Shown here in pieces: positions 23,616 to 32,410 of a stretch of DNA of 40,554 nucleotides. Numbering within the stretch: position 1 is the stretch's first letter; the number at the start of each line of letters is the position of its first letter. The stretch lies in UHGV virus genome UHGV-0200722; one strand, written 5' to 3'. Origin of the DNA: a virus. The position numbers and the translations under genes were made by a program. The notes under the pieces were generated by a model. It saw only the letters and a program-made list of their open reading frames with translations, was not told where the DNA came from and did no database searches.

Positions 23616-23641
23616 AAACCCACCGTCAGGTGGGTTTTTTG
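23616..23641. terminator. Bidirectional rho-independent terminator between the Panacea module and mnt
   Basis: AAACCCACC-gtcag-GTGGGTTT flanked by an A-run and a T-run. Confidence 0.8.
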
Positions 23642-23877
23642 TACAAATCCTTCAGCGTATCAAACACCATCTTCTTAACAAGCTCTGACTGCTCATCAGC
23701 GAGTCGTTCTGCATCGTCGCGATATCCAGTCACAGGCGATGGTTTTGATAGAGCATCTTGGACGATTTGTAACAACTCGGAGTTCATTGATCTCCCATTC
23801 GCCTCCGCCCTGAATTTTAATTTCTCCCTTACTTCCATAGGCATACGGAAGTTAAAGTGCGGATCATCTCTAGCCAT
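23626..23877 (-). CDS. mnt: Mnt repressor (immI maintenance repressor of ant)
   Basis: 83-aa translation is essentially P22 Mnt as recalled (MARDDPHFNFRMPMEVREKLKFRAEANGRSMNSELLQIVQDAL...). Confidence 0.95.
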   Translation of the reverse strand: MARDDPHFNFRMPMEVREKLKFRAEANGRSMNSELLQIVQDALSKPSPVTGYRDDAERLADEQSELVKKMVFDTLKDLYKKPT

Positions 23878-23967
23878 GCCATCACTCCAAGTTAGTGTAT
23901 TGACATGATAGAAGCACTCTACTATATTCTCAATAGGTCCACGGTGGACCTATATTGTGAGGTGAAT
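23878..23967. promoter_or_regulatory. immI control region: Pant (-35 TTGACA 23900..23905, -10 TATATT 23923..23928) with Arc operator in the spacer, and Mnt operator palindrome AGGTCCACGGTGGACCT (23935..23951)
   Basis: Sequence ...gtattgacatgatagaagcactctactatattctcaataggtccacggtggaccta... matches the classical P22 Pant/Oarc/Omnt arrangement. Confidence 0.85.
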
Positions 23968-24129
23968 ATGAAAGGAATGAGCAAGATGCCGCAGTTCAAT
24001 TTGCGGTGGCCTAAAGAAGTATTGGATTTGGTACGCAAGGTGGCGGAAGAGAATGGTCGGTCTGTTAACTCTGAGATTTATCAGAGAGTAATGGAAAGCT
24101 TTAAGAAGGAAGGGCGCATTGGCGCGTAA
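23968..24129 (+). CDS. arc: Arc repressor
   Basis: Internal start [53 protein letters not shown]; matches P22 Arc (53 aa). The track ORF from 23905 is an upstream extension. Confidence 0.95.
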   Translation: MKGMSKMPQFNLRWPKEVLDLVRKVAEENGRSVNSEIYQRVMESFKKEGRIGA

Positions 24130-24133
24130 AGTT

Positions 24134-24200
24134 GAAGCCCCAACTGCGGGAACAGTCAGGGCTTCGGTTGTCAGTAAATCCGTGGAGAAAAACCAACATG
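24134..24200 (-). ncRNA. sar: Candidate sar-like antisense RNA region across the arc-ant junction (boundaries approximate)
   Basis: In P22 a small antisense RNA covers the ant RBS and ends at a hairpin between arc and ant; a GAAGCCC...GGGCTTC hairpin lies at 24134..24164. The promoter was not identified here. Confidence 0.3.
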
Positions 24201-25133
24201 AATAGTATAGCAATTTTAGAAGCAGTGAACACCTCTTACGTACCATTCAACGGTCAGCAAATTATCACCGCCATGGCTGCCGGAGTTGCATACGTTGCGA
24301 TGAAGCCAATCGTTGAAAACCTTGGAATGAGCTGGTCAACGCAGCAAACAAAACTCATGAAGCAGATTAGCAAATTCAACTGTGTTCATATGAACATGGT
24401 TGCCGCTGATGGGAAGCTTCGTAAGCTACTCTGCCTTCCTTTGAAGAAGTTAAATGGATGGCTGTTCAGCATCAACCCTGAGAAAGTTCGTGCTGACATC
24501 CGTGATAAACTGATTCAGTACCAGGAGGAATGCTTTAGCGTGCTGCATGACTACTGGACTAAAGGCCATGTAGTTAACCCACGCAAAGCTAAAAAGGCGT
24601 TGCCGGGTAAAATCACCACTGAGCAGCAGGAAGCCATTAAACAACTCGTCATGAGTCGCGGTCAGTCTCTGCCAAAAGAAAAACAGGCGAAGGCAATGAT
24701 TACCATGTGGTCGTCACTGAAATCCCATTTTGGATGTTCGTACAAAGAAATCAGTGAGGAGCAGTTTACCGAAGCACTGTCACTTGCAGCTCGAGTTCCA
24801 CTTGAAGGCGAGTTCATTGGCAAACAAGAGAGGAAAGTCAAAGAGCTTTCTGCAAAAGAAGCAAACAGCCTTGTATGGTTATGGGATTATGCCAACCGCT
24901 CACAGGCATTATTCCGCGAACTGTATCCGGCGCTGAAACAAATTCAATCGAACTATTCCGGCAGATGCTACGACTATGGTCATGAGTTCTCGTATGTTAT
25001 CGGAATGGCGAGAGACGTTTTAATAAACCACACACGAGATGTTGATATCAATGAGCCAGACGGACCAACGAATCTTTCCGCATGGATGAGACTTAAGAAT
25101 AAAGAATTACCTCCTTCAGTACATAACTACTGA
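24198..25133 (+). CDS. ant: Antirepressor Ant
   Basis: Start [14 protein letters not shown]... at 24198 downstream of arc; ~311 aa; classical immI position. Confidence 0.85.
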   Translation: MNSIAILEAVNTSYVPFNGQQIITAMAAGVAYVAMKPIVENLGMSWSTQQTKLMKQISKFNCVHMNMVAADGKLRKLLCLPLKKLNGWLFSINPEKVRADIRDKLIQYQEECFSVLHDYWTKGHVVNPRKAKKALPGKITTEQQEAIKQLVMSRGQSLPKEKQAKAMITMWSSLKSHFGCSYKEISEEQFTEALSLAARVPLEGEFIGKQERKVKELSAKEANSLVWLWDYANRSQALFRELYPALKQIQSNYSGRCYDYGHEFSYVIGMARDVLINHTRDVDINEPDGPTNLSAWMRLKNKELPPSVHNY

Positions 25134-25151
25134 CAGATAACCAACGCAACG

Positions 25152-25176
25152 ACCCAGCTTCGGCTGGGTTTTTTTA
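25152..25176 (+). terminator. Rho-independent terminator after ant
   Basis: ACCCAGC-ttcg-GCTGGGT followed by TTTTTTT. Confidence 0.85.
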
Positions 25177-25311
25177 TGCCCAAAATTCACCTTAGCTACT
25201 CAGCGGCTATGGCCTTGAGAGATGGCACTACACAAAAAGTGTAGTGCAAAAAGCAAACAAATACTCACCGTAGCCATGCTGCGGCGATTCCTTGTATCTG
25301 GAGCAAATTAA

Positions 25312-27654
25312 ATGACAGATATTACAGCCAATGTTGTAGTGAGCATGCCTTCGCAACTCTTCACTATGGCTCGTTCTTTTAAAGCCGTAGCCAATGGCAA
25401 AATTTATATCGGTAAAATTGACACTGACCCGGTAAATCCTGAAAACCAGATTCAGGTTTATGTGGAGAACGAAGACGGTTCTCACGTTCCTGTTTCGCAA
25501 CCAATCATCATTAACGCTGCTGGATATCCGGTATATAACGGACAGATTGCCAAATTCGTTACCGTGCAAGGCCATTCCATGGCTGTTTATGATGCGTACG
25601 GTGCTCAGCAGTTCTATTTTCCTAATGTGCTAAAGTATGATCCAGATCAGTTTAGGCAGCAGCTTGCAGTAGTTGATAGCAATGTATTGATTTCTGGTGT
25701 TCCAGCAAAAGATGTTGTAAATGCCAAAACTGGACGAGCACCAGTAGTTATGACTCGAAAAGTTACAGACCTTCTTCTTGATGGTAAGGCTGGATTGCGT
25801 AAAAACTTTGGTGCTGTAGGCGATGGTAGTCATGACGATACACAGGCATTTAATGATCTGTGGGATGCGCTTATGGATCCGACATATAAACGCCGCGCAA
25901 TAGAAACAGACGAGGTTGGTCTGCCATTTATGATACAAAAAGGCCCGGCACTTCTAATTGAAAATGGAACGTTTATTTACAATGGGCCTGGTCTCAATAT
26001 TGAAACATCAGATTCATTTGTATTTAACATATCAGGTGAGAGCAGTATTTCAACAAAGATACTTTTACCAGATGGAGTATACCTATTCGATTTCGATAAT
26101 AACCCTGTTCATGCATATCTAGGGAACATGTCAATTCATGGTGGTAAAGGTGCTGTTCGATACAAATCAAAAGAACGATCAACTAACAGCATTCACCTTT
26201 TCGAAAATCTTCGCCTGTCGAGATACAAGGAGTGTGGCATAGGGAATAATTCAATCGATATGCCGTATTTCCGAGTGAAGGGATGCATGTTATACGGGGA
26301 CCCAGCAAGCCAGACTATTGGTATTTGTGTCTCTGGTTACTCTGCTGGCGGCTTCATTGAGGACTGTGTTATCAGCGACAATAGATATAATATAAAACTG
26401 GCAGTTGGTGATAATGGCGTGGAGCGTAATGGCCCTGCAACGCCTTTCTATGTCTGCAGGAACGACATGTACCGCACGGGGCGACGAGCGCCATCAGCAT
26501 CGTATGACATATGGATTGAGCCTGGTGCTACTACCCTCAACTCTGGGAGAGGTATTCAGATAATCCAAAATAAATTTGGGCAAGAAAACCTAATCGCACC
26601 AGATACTCATGTTTTGATCGCAGATGCTGCCGCTACAGGGAGCGGGTTAAATCTCAATGGAGATCGCGCTCATATAGAAACACAGTCAGTTGGTTTTGTG
26701 TCTGGCTTACGTTTCGAGGGGAATAACGTAAACTCAGCTAATAGTGGATATATTGCCCCTTTCATTCGCTCATTTACGCCAAACCTTGGAAATAACAAAA
26801 TAAATGACCTTTATGACAATGACATGCCAGCAAGAATCATAGAGTTCGCGGGTGGCATAACCCAAAGTCAAATGACTAACCTTTCACGTACCAACGTCTT
26901 TAGTGCAGACCAATGCATTGCGCTTCAGAAGGGTGTTGAACCTAAGTTGTTATCTAACCTTAATGATGTCTTCCGGCTTGATGATCCTTTGGGGTTCTAC
27001 GTCGGGCATCCTCAAGCTCAGGTTTTACCGTCAGGTTCTCAGCAGATTGGATTTGAATTGATCTACTCTGGGCCGACGTCGACGATTGGGGTGAGTAACG
27101 CAACAAGATTATCGGTAAATAACTCATATGGAGGAATATCGGAAGCAACTGAAATCACAATGACCGCTTCTGATGGCGTGGCAGTTGCCACTGTTGTTGG
27201 CGGACTTGCTGGTAGGAAGCACTGGATTGATTTCGAGCTTAAGCGCGGGACAACAAACCCTGTTGGTTCTGTTGTTGTGGAGATAATGGATGCTTCCGGG
27301 TCAGTTCTCCAACTTCGTCGTATTATTTTAATAGATACTTTTCCACGCTGGCAGAAAGTCGCCATTCCTTATATTCCAAATGAAGACGGTAATATTGTAG
27401 TCAAATTCAGATCTAATCTTTATTCGGCTGGAACGGCAACTAACTTTATTGTCGGAAATCTCAATGTTTACAGGAATGAGGAGCGAGTCAATACAGGGCA
27501 TAACTCAGGATTGAGGATGCAATGGAATCTACAACATACCGTAAGAGGCACAAGACACGAGTGGTATGACGCGTCAGGTAATTTACGCTCCAAAAATGGG
27601 GTGCCGAGTGGGGATGCCGATGGGGTAATCATTAGCGCTAACCCAACATTGTAA
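25312..27654 (+). CDS. Tailspike protein (P22 gp9-type head-binding domain; divergent receptor-binding domain)
   Basis: First ~110 aa match the P22 gp9 N-terminal domain ([12 protein letters not shown]...[34 protein letters not shown]...VLKYDPDQ); the remaining ~670 aa are unrelated to P22 gp9. Confidence 0.9.
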   Translation: MTDITANVVVSMPSQLFTMARSFKAVANGKIYIGKIDTDPVNPENQIQVYVENEDGSHVPVSQPIIINAAGYPVYNGQIAKFVTVQGHSMAVYDAYGAQQFYFPNVLKYDPDQFRQQLAVVDSNVLISGVPAKDVVNAKTGRAPVVMTRKVTDLLLDGKAGLRKNFGAVGDGSHDDTQAFNDLWDALMDPTYKRRAIETDEVGLPFMIQKGPALLIENGTFIYNGPGLNIETSDSFVFNISGESSISTKILLPDGVYLFDFDNNPVHAYLGNMSIHGGKGAVRYKSKERSTNSIHLFENLRLSRYKECGIGNNSIDMPYFRVKGCMLYGDPASQTIGICVSGYSAGGFIEDCVISDNRYNIKLAVGDNGVERNGPATPFYVCRNDMYRTGRRAPSASYDIWIEPGATTLNSGRGIQIIQNKFGQENLIAPDTHVLIADAAATGSGLNLNGDRAHIETQSVGFVSGLRFEGNNVNSANSGYIAPFIRSFTPNLGNNKINDLYDNDMPARIIEFAGGITQSQMTNLSRTNVFSADQCIALQKGVEPKLLSNLNDVFRLDDPLGFYVGHPQAQVLPSGSQQIGFELIYSGPTSTIGVSNATRLSVNNSYGGISEATEITMTASDGVAVATVVGGLAGRKHWIDFELKRGTTNPVGSVVVEIMDASGSVLQLRRIILIDTFPRWQKVAIPYIPNEDGNIVVKFRSNLYSAGTATNFIVGNLNVYRNEERVNTGHNSGLRMQWNLQHTVRGTRHEWYDASGNLRSKNGVPSGDADGVIISANPTL

Positions 27655-27681
27655 AAATTTGATCTTCGCATAGCTAGAAGT

Positions 27682-27701
27682 TACTGTATATAAAAACAGT
27701 A
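27682..27701. promoter_or_regulatory. LexA (SOS) box TACTGTATATAAAAACAGTA upstream of the 27718..28274 operon
   Basis: CTGT-N8-ACAG core with AT-rich spacer, 17 nt upstream of the ATG at 27718; possible -35 TTGATC at 27658..27663. Confidence 0.7.
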
Positions 27702-27717
27702 TTTTGAGGTTATAGAC

Positions 27718-27957
27718 ATGATCAGACGCAACATAATTTCGGAGGCTTTCAGAGCCTCCATTTCTATAAATCCTAAAGGTTATCAATACCTTTACACGCA
27801 TTCTTTCATCTCCGAACTACAGAGGATGGGTATCAATTTCTCAGAAGAGGAGGCTAACAACTGGATATCGAGAGAGCAGACTTACTTTGTTGACAAAACC
27901 ACCGACCATAGCGAAAACCGCCTGTGGATGCTGGCCAATATGGGGAGGGTGCTCTGA
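27718..27957 (+). CDS. Hypothetical 79-aa protein, first gene of the LexA-box operon
   Basis: ORF directly downstream of the LexA box; stop overlaps the next start (TGATG); no recognisable family. Confidence 0.5.
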   Translation: MIRRNIISEAFRASISINPKGYQYLYTHSFISELQRMGINFSEEEANNWISREQTYFVDKTTDHSENRLWMLANMGRVL

Positions 27958-28274
27958 TGGGATTTCCATCACCGGCGTCCGACTACGTCGAGCAGCTACT
28001 GTCCGTTAACTCGATATGCAATGTTGGTCCTAACACATTGTTGCTTGAAACCAGTGGTGGATATGCCGTGGTTGATGTCTCTCTGAAACTTAAGCAGAGA
28101 TGTCAGGTGATGGTCTGCTATGAAGCACATAATCAGATAGCGAAGCTTATGGGGAAATCTTTGATAACGGAGGATGGAGAGGCGATCGAGGGAGAGGCCC
28201 TGGATGATGTCACCGTTGCCGTCGTGGTGACGCATATTATCGTGGATGTGAGAAGTGACAGCGTAGCAGTATAA
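27957..28274 (+). CDS. UmuD'-like (HumD-like) protein lacking the catalytic Ser motif
   Basis: Begins M-GFPSPASDYVEQ, matching the post-cleavage N-terminus of UmuD (GFPSPAADYVEQ); C-terminal beta-region resembles UmuD, but the GDSM motif is not conserved. Confidence 0.5.
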   Translation: MGFPSPASDYVEQLLSVNSICNVGPNTLLLETSGGYAVVDVSLKLKQRCQVMVCYEAHNQIAKLMGKSLITEDGEAIEGEALDDVTVAVVVTHIIVDVRSDSVAV

Positions 28275-28619
28275 GGCAGACCCACAATCAGGGCCTGCCG
28301 ATTTTGATTACTCCACCTTTTCATCAATCCAGTCCGCCCACCACTGCATCATTTCTCTGCGCTTATCGTGGCAGATGCCTCACTATCACACGGTGATGGT
28401 TCATTACTGGTTTGCATAATGGATAGAGAACTGAGGATAAAAGATATCCCAAAACCCCAAAATCTCATCTTTAGGATTTGCAGAAAGGGAGGCGTGAACA
28501 AATACCTGCGCATGAAAACGGAACTAGTCCGGATGCGATATTTTTGGTGATCACGTACATCATCAACGAAGCGCGTTATGGTGAGTTTTATGACTGCCAA
28601 GTAATGTGAAAATTGCGAT

Positions 28620-28642
28620 GCGTACCAAATTGTGTACCAAAT
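28620..28642 (+). repeat. Arm-type direct repeats (GTACCAAAT x2), putative integrase arm sites of attP
   Basis: gcGTACCAAATtgtGTACCAAATt, ~280 bp upstream of int. Confidence 0.55.
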
Positions 28643-28870
28643 TAAAATCATAAACCATGAACCCCTTACTCATGGCTGTTCTCAGGCTGGGTGCGTGTAA
28701 TCGTGAAAGAGGAAGGTAGGTTGTTTATCTGTGTCTGTCATTGTCTAGCATTGTCCACTGTAGTTAATTAACTGTCTGTTATAACTCGAAAAAACAACCA
28801 TTTTTTCACCTGAGTATGTCTACGAACGTCAAATATAGTTGTTTACTGTGCGCTGTTGTCCATGTGATAT

Positions 28871-28917
28871 TGTGTACCAGATGTGTACCAAACCATTATT
28901 TCTGAGCGTACCAAATA
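28871..28917 (+). repeat. Arm-type direct repeats (TGTACCAG / TGTACCAAA / CGTACCAAAT), putative attP arm sites adjacent to int
   Basis: Three copies of the same 9-bp motif within 50 bp, ending 7 bp before the int start codon. Confidence 0.55.
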
Positions 28918-28923
28918 TTATTT

Positions 28924-30102
28924 ATGGCTATAAGCGACACAAAACTGCGTACTATTTATGGTAAACCATATTCGGGCCCACAAGAAGTGGCTGATGCCGA
29001 TGGCCTCAGCGTACGAATTTCACCGAAGGGGGTCATCCAGTTCCAGTACCGCTATCGCTGGCATGGCAAGCCTAATCGACTTGGGCTTGGTCGATACCCA
29101 TCCCTGTCTTTGAAGGATGCCAGACAGATCACTGCTGACTTGCGAAAGCTCTATTTCTCAGGAACGGATCCACGCACCTATTTTGAAGAGAAGGTGGAGA
29201 ACTCCATGACGGTCGCCCAGTGTCTCGACTACTGGTTCGACAACTACGTCTCTACAACTCTCAGAGAAAAGACCCAGGCACTTTACCGATCAACGGTTAT
29301 GAAGCGCATGCATGACGCCTTTCCTAATCGTCCGGCATCTTCTATCACGGTTAAGCAATGGGTTGACCTGCTTACCGAAGAAGAAAGAGATAATCCACGC
29401 CGAGCAAGGCAGGTGCTAAGTCAACTAAGATCAGCAATAAGTTGGTGCATGCGGCGTCAGTTGATAGATAGTTGCGCAATTATGAGCATCCAGCCAAGGG
29501 ACTTCGGCTCCCGCGCTGAGGTAGGGGATCGGGTACTGTCGTATCACGAACTGGCTAAGATTTGGCTTGCTATTGAAAGAAGCCGTGCGTCTACGTCAAA
29601 TAAGCTCCTTCATCAGATGCTTATGCTGTGGGGGGCGAGGCTCTCAGAGCTTAGGCTGGCAACAAAGACAGAATTTGACCTGCTGGACAACGTATGGACC
29701 GTACCGAAAGAGCATAGCAAGATGGGTAATGTTATCCGCCGTCCAATCTTCGAACAAATTAAGCCTTTTCTCGAAAAGGCCATGACAACGTACAATGATG
29801 TTATTTTCCCTGGAGAAGACATAAACAAACCGATCAGCATCGCTGCAGCCAACCGATTCGTAAATAGAATAAGGGGAGGGATGGATCTAGGTTACTGGCG
29901 AACACATGATTTCAGAAGAACGCTTGTTACACGTCTGTCCGAGATGAATGTCGAGCCTCATGTTACTGAGCGAATGCTCGGTCATGAACTTGGCGGGATA
30001 ATGTCCGTGTACAATAAACACGACTGGATAGAGGCTCAGCGCAAAGCGTATGAGCTTCACGCTGATAAATTGTTCTGGCACATCAGGAGCATTTCTGATT
30101 AA
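28924..30102 (+). CDS. int: Tyrosine integrase (P4-type, arm-binding N-terminal domain)
   Basis: 392 aa; N-terminal arm-binding-like region (VRISPKGVIQFQYRYRW); C-terminal catalytic motifs (HDFRRT, LGH, terminal Tyr). Confidence 0.9.
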   Translation: MAISDTKLRTIYGKPYSGPQEVADADGLSVRISPKGVIQFQYRYRWHGKPNRLGLGRYPSLSLKDARQITADLRKLYFSGTDPRTYFEEKVENSMTVAQCLDYWFDNYVSTTLREKTQALYRSTVMKRMHDAFPNRPASSITVKQWVDLLTEEERDNPRRARQVLSQLRSAISWCMRRQLIDSCAIMSIQPRDFGSRAEVGDRVLSYHELAKIWLAIERSRASTSNKLLHQMLMLWGARLSELRLATKTEFDLLDNVWTVPKEHSKMGNVIRRPIFEQIKPFLEKAMTTYNDVIFPGEDINKPISIAAANRFVNRIRGGMDLGYWRTHDFRRTLVTRLSEMNVEPHVTERMLGHELGGIMSVYNKHDWIEAQRKAYELHADKLFWHIRSISD

Positions 30103-30274
30103 CGCCACCGTTAAGAATCCACCCTTCAACAGCTTCACGAAGGTATGATTTGGGGTGGGTTCTGACTGGCTTCGGAAATCCGTGCCGTTTGGTATAGTTC
30201 CAGATTGTCTGACGTGATGAAACACCGAGCTTGTTCATCACTTCTTTCTCAGGAATCAGGCTGGTATCGGTCAT
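30083..30274 (-). CDS. AlpA-family excisionase / transcriptional regulator
   Basis: 63-aa HTH protein (...LIPEKEVMNKLGVSSRQTIWNYTKRHGFPKP...); GGAGA RBS; adjacent to and convergent with int. Confidence 0.75.
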   Translation of the reverse strand: MTDTSLIPEKEVMNKLGVSSRQTIWNYTKRHGFPKPVRTHPKSYLREAVEGWILNGGVNQKCS

Positions 30275-30355
30275 CTTAATTCTCCAGGCAAAAATAAACC
30301 GCCATATAGCGGCTCTATCAGATATGTACAGGCCTCATCGAGTGTGAGGCTGTGG

Positions 30356-30700
30356 TTAGTCCTTGCGTAGCTCGCTAATTCTTCTATAAGTCTCTGGTGC
30401 TTTGTTTCCGTGTATCTTCATTTCAGACTTCAACAGAGCAACAAGGGAATCCCATTCGTTGAGGATGCCTTTGAATGCCGGAACGCGCTTTGCAACCTTG
30501 TCGAATGAATCTCTGATTTCTGGAATCTGCTCAACAAGTGCAACGCATCGCCGAAAGTCTGCTGCGTCATGGGGAGCGCCGAAGTGATGACCATAGATAT
30601 TCTTTTTCAGTCCACATGCGATTGAGGCAAGAGTTGCGCTACTGATGCCGACATCGCCAGTCGATTGCCATTTCAAAACCTTCATAGCCAAATCTGACAT
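30356..30700 (-). CDS. Hypothetical early-left protein
   Basis: Start MSDLAMKVLKW... at 30700 with a GGAGA RBS; the track start at 30727 falls inside a terminator hairpin. Confidence 0.5.
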   Translation of the reverse strand: MSDLAMKVLKWQSTGDVGISSATLASIACGLKKNIYGHHFGAPHDAADFRRCVALVEQIPEIRDSFDKVAKRVPAFKGILNEWDSLVALLKSEMKIHGNKAPETYRRISELRKD

Positions 30701-30712
30701 TTCTTGTCTCCA

Positions 30713-30736
30713 ATAAAAAACCGCCATCAGGCGGTT
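30713..30736 (-). terminator. Rho-independent terminator (read on - strand)
   Basis: ACCGCC-atca-GGCGGT with TTTTTT on the - strand. Confidence 0.6.
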
Positions 30737-30800
30737 TGGTGTTCTTTCAGTTCTTCAATTCGAATATTGGTTACATTGTTTTCATATATGAATAAATAAA

Positions 30801-30980
30801 TTAGCTTTTTTCGTTGCCTTCGCGTTCTTTATTAATTTTGACAAACTCGTTTTTACCACGCTCTCCAAATGCGTCTTTAGAGTCGTTGTATCCGCAATCG
30901 CAGCACACATAATCACCAGACCATCCACGCATTGTTTTTTCTTTTGCAATATTTCCAGAACCGCATTTTGGACAAGACAT
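30801..30980 (-). CDS. Small zinc-ribbon protein
   Basis: Start MSCPKCGSGNIA... with a GGAGG RBS; two CxxC pairs (CPKC...CCDC). Confidence 0.55.
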   Translation of the reverse strand: MSCPKCGSGNIAKEKTMRGWSGDYVCCDCGYNDSKDAFGERGKNEFVKINKEREGNEKS

Positions 30981-31076
30981 ATCACTACCTCCAAAGCATG
31001 AGTGAGATGACAACGTAACATTGATTGGAGATTAACAATAGATTGCTGATGTAAAAGATATGTATAAGCTTCGCTT

Positions 31077-31709
31077 TCAAAGTGGAAGCTCTGGTAGCGG
31101 CATCCAGTGAGTTACGTCATCCAAGATATGTCCTGATAAATACGTGAAAGCTCTATATTTTTTGTAATCAATTGGATTTACAACCCAGTTCCAATATGCG
31201 GCCACGATTTCACCTTGACTAAATGCCAGTAACATTTTGGTGTCTTCCGGCATTCGATCACTACAGCTTATCCAACCACCCGGAGTTACCGGAGAGTTGC
31301 CCGATAGCTGGTTCAACTTGTAAGCCTGGCTTACAGGTTCGGCACTATGAAGCATGGCAGCGCGGCAGGCGTTCCAGCCAGCTGTTCGCCCAAGCGAGTA
31401 AACTTCAGATGGCTCAAGATAATCAATGTCATGCCCGTCCTCATCGTCGTTCTCAGGTAATGCAGCAGGTACTACTGGTACTGGAGGGGCGGCATAAACA
31501 GGAATAACGTCCGATTGATCTTTATTGCTTTCATCCGTTAAAGCCCAGAATAATTTCCCGGCCGGATGTTTGAAAATATAAGCAACTGGTTCTGCTTCCA
31601 GTGATGCCAGTGCAATTCGTGCCAGTTCCATTTGTTCGCCACGAGTAAGTCCGTTATCAAGCGGATTTTTAATGAATAATTTGATACGTTCTTTGGTTAT
31701 AGCGCTCAT
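31077..31709 (-). CDS. DUF551-type phage protein
   Basis: C-terminal W/H-rich segment (WISCSDRMPED...AAYWNW...HWMPLPELP) typical of DUF551 phage proteins; start at 31709 with an AGGAGAG RBS. Confidence 0.55.
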   Translation of the reverse strand: MSAITKERIKLFIKNPLDNGLTRGEQMELARIALASLEAEPVAYIFKHPAGKLFWALTDESNKDQSDVIPVYAAPPVPVVPAALPENDDEDGHDIDYLEPSEVYSLGRTAGWNACRAAMLHSAEPVSQAYKLNQLSGNSPVTPGGWISCSDRMPEDTKMLLAFSQGEIVAAYWNWVVNPIDYKKYRAFTYLSGHILDDVTHWMPLPELPL

Positions 31710-31710
31710 A

Positions 31711-32118
31711 TCACTCTCCTTTGATGCGAATGCCAGTAGCGCGGATTGCATCGATGACTTCAGAAACTTTGTATGCCATTACCGTTTGGTAATCATCGTG
31801 AAAATCTGTTCGATGAAGCATGCTGCTACGTTCCGGGAGCAGTATTTCCCGCGCTTTCAGTTCTGCAATGCGCTTTTTTGCTGCTTCCAGTTCATCCAGT
31901 AATTCCAGCACGGTAGCCGGATTAGCCTTGGCAACAAAATCCCGGACTTGCTTACAATCAATCTCCGCAATGGGTTGATACGATGTGTAGCCATGCTGTC
32001 TTGTATAACTACCGTGACGAATAACGAAAAAATCACCATTTATTTTTTTAGCCTGCCACTTATCTTCACCGGCTTTCTCTGCCGCTTCACGCAGTGCCTG
32101 ATAGTCAATCTTGCTCAC
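31711..32118 (-). CDS. Ead/Ea22-like protein
   Basis: GTG start at 32118 with an AGGGAG RBS; the N-terminal SKIDYQALREAAEKAG... motif is characteristic of Ead/Ea22-like proteins. Confidence 0.6.
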   Translation of the reverse strand: MSKIDYQALREAAEKAGEDKWQAKKINGDFFVIRHGSYTRQHGYTSYQPIAEIDCKQVRDFVAKANPATVLELLDELEAAKKRIAELKAREILLPERSSMLHRTDFHDDYQTVMAYKVSEVIDAIRATGIRIKGE

Positions 32119-32410
32119 TGGTTGTCTCCCTTGCTGGGCTTTCGAATGTATCAAACTCAAACAACTTAACCACGTCATCAAACAGGACATAATCGCCATC
32201 AGGATCTTCAGTCATGTCAGCGCCACAATCCTGACCGAACGAGTCACAACCATCCATATCAAGCTCGTATCGCTTCAGGTTTGCGATATTTGATAAATTC
32301 AGCGCCAGTACAGCCAGGTCATAAACCTCTTCGGCGGTATACCCTGCGCCATGCCCATACATTTCAATGCGGGATATGATTTCTTCTACCCGTTGTTTTG
32401 TGATCGTCAT
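32105..32410 (-). CDS. Hypothetical acidic protein
   Basis: 101-aa ORF in the early-left operon, overlapping its neighbours' ends. Confidence 0.5.
   Translation of the reverse strand: MTITKQRVEEIISRIEMYGHGAGYTAEEVYDLAVLALNLSNIANLKRYELDMDGCDSFGQDCGADMTEDPDGDYVLFDDVVKLFEFDTFESPARETTSEQD

Noticed and set aside
25228-25575. 115-aa - strand ORF overlapping the tailspike 5' end
   Set aside because: Antisense to the conserved tailspike head-binding domain; no independent support.
28349-28651. 100-aa - strand ORF and 60-aa + strand ORF in the attP region
   Set aside because: No RBS and low-complexity translation; they overlap the arm-site repeat cluster; more likely non-coding attachment-site DNA.
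29567-29852. 72-aa + strand and 79-aa - strand ORFs inside the integrase gene
   Set aside because: Nested or antisense within a well-supported integrase coding sequence.
31709-31751. Longer start (31751) for the DUF551-type gene
   Set aside because: The longer form overlaps the upstream gene's 3' end and lacks an RBS; the internal ATG at 31709 has an AGGAGAG RBS and abuts the upstream stop.
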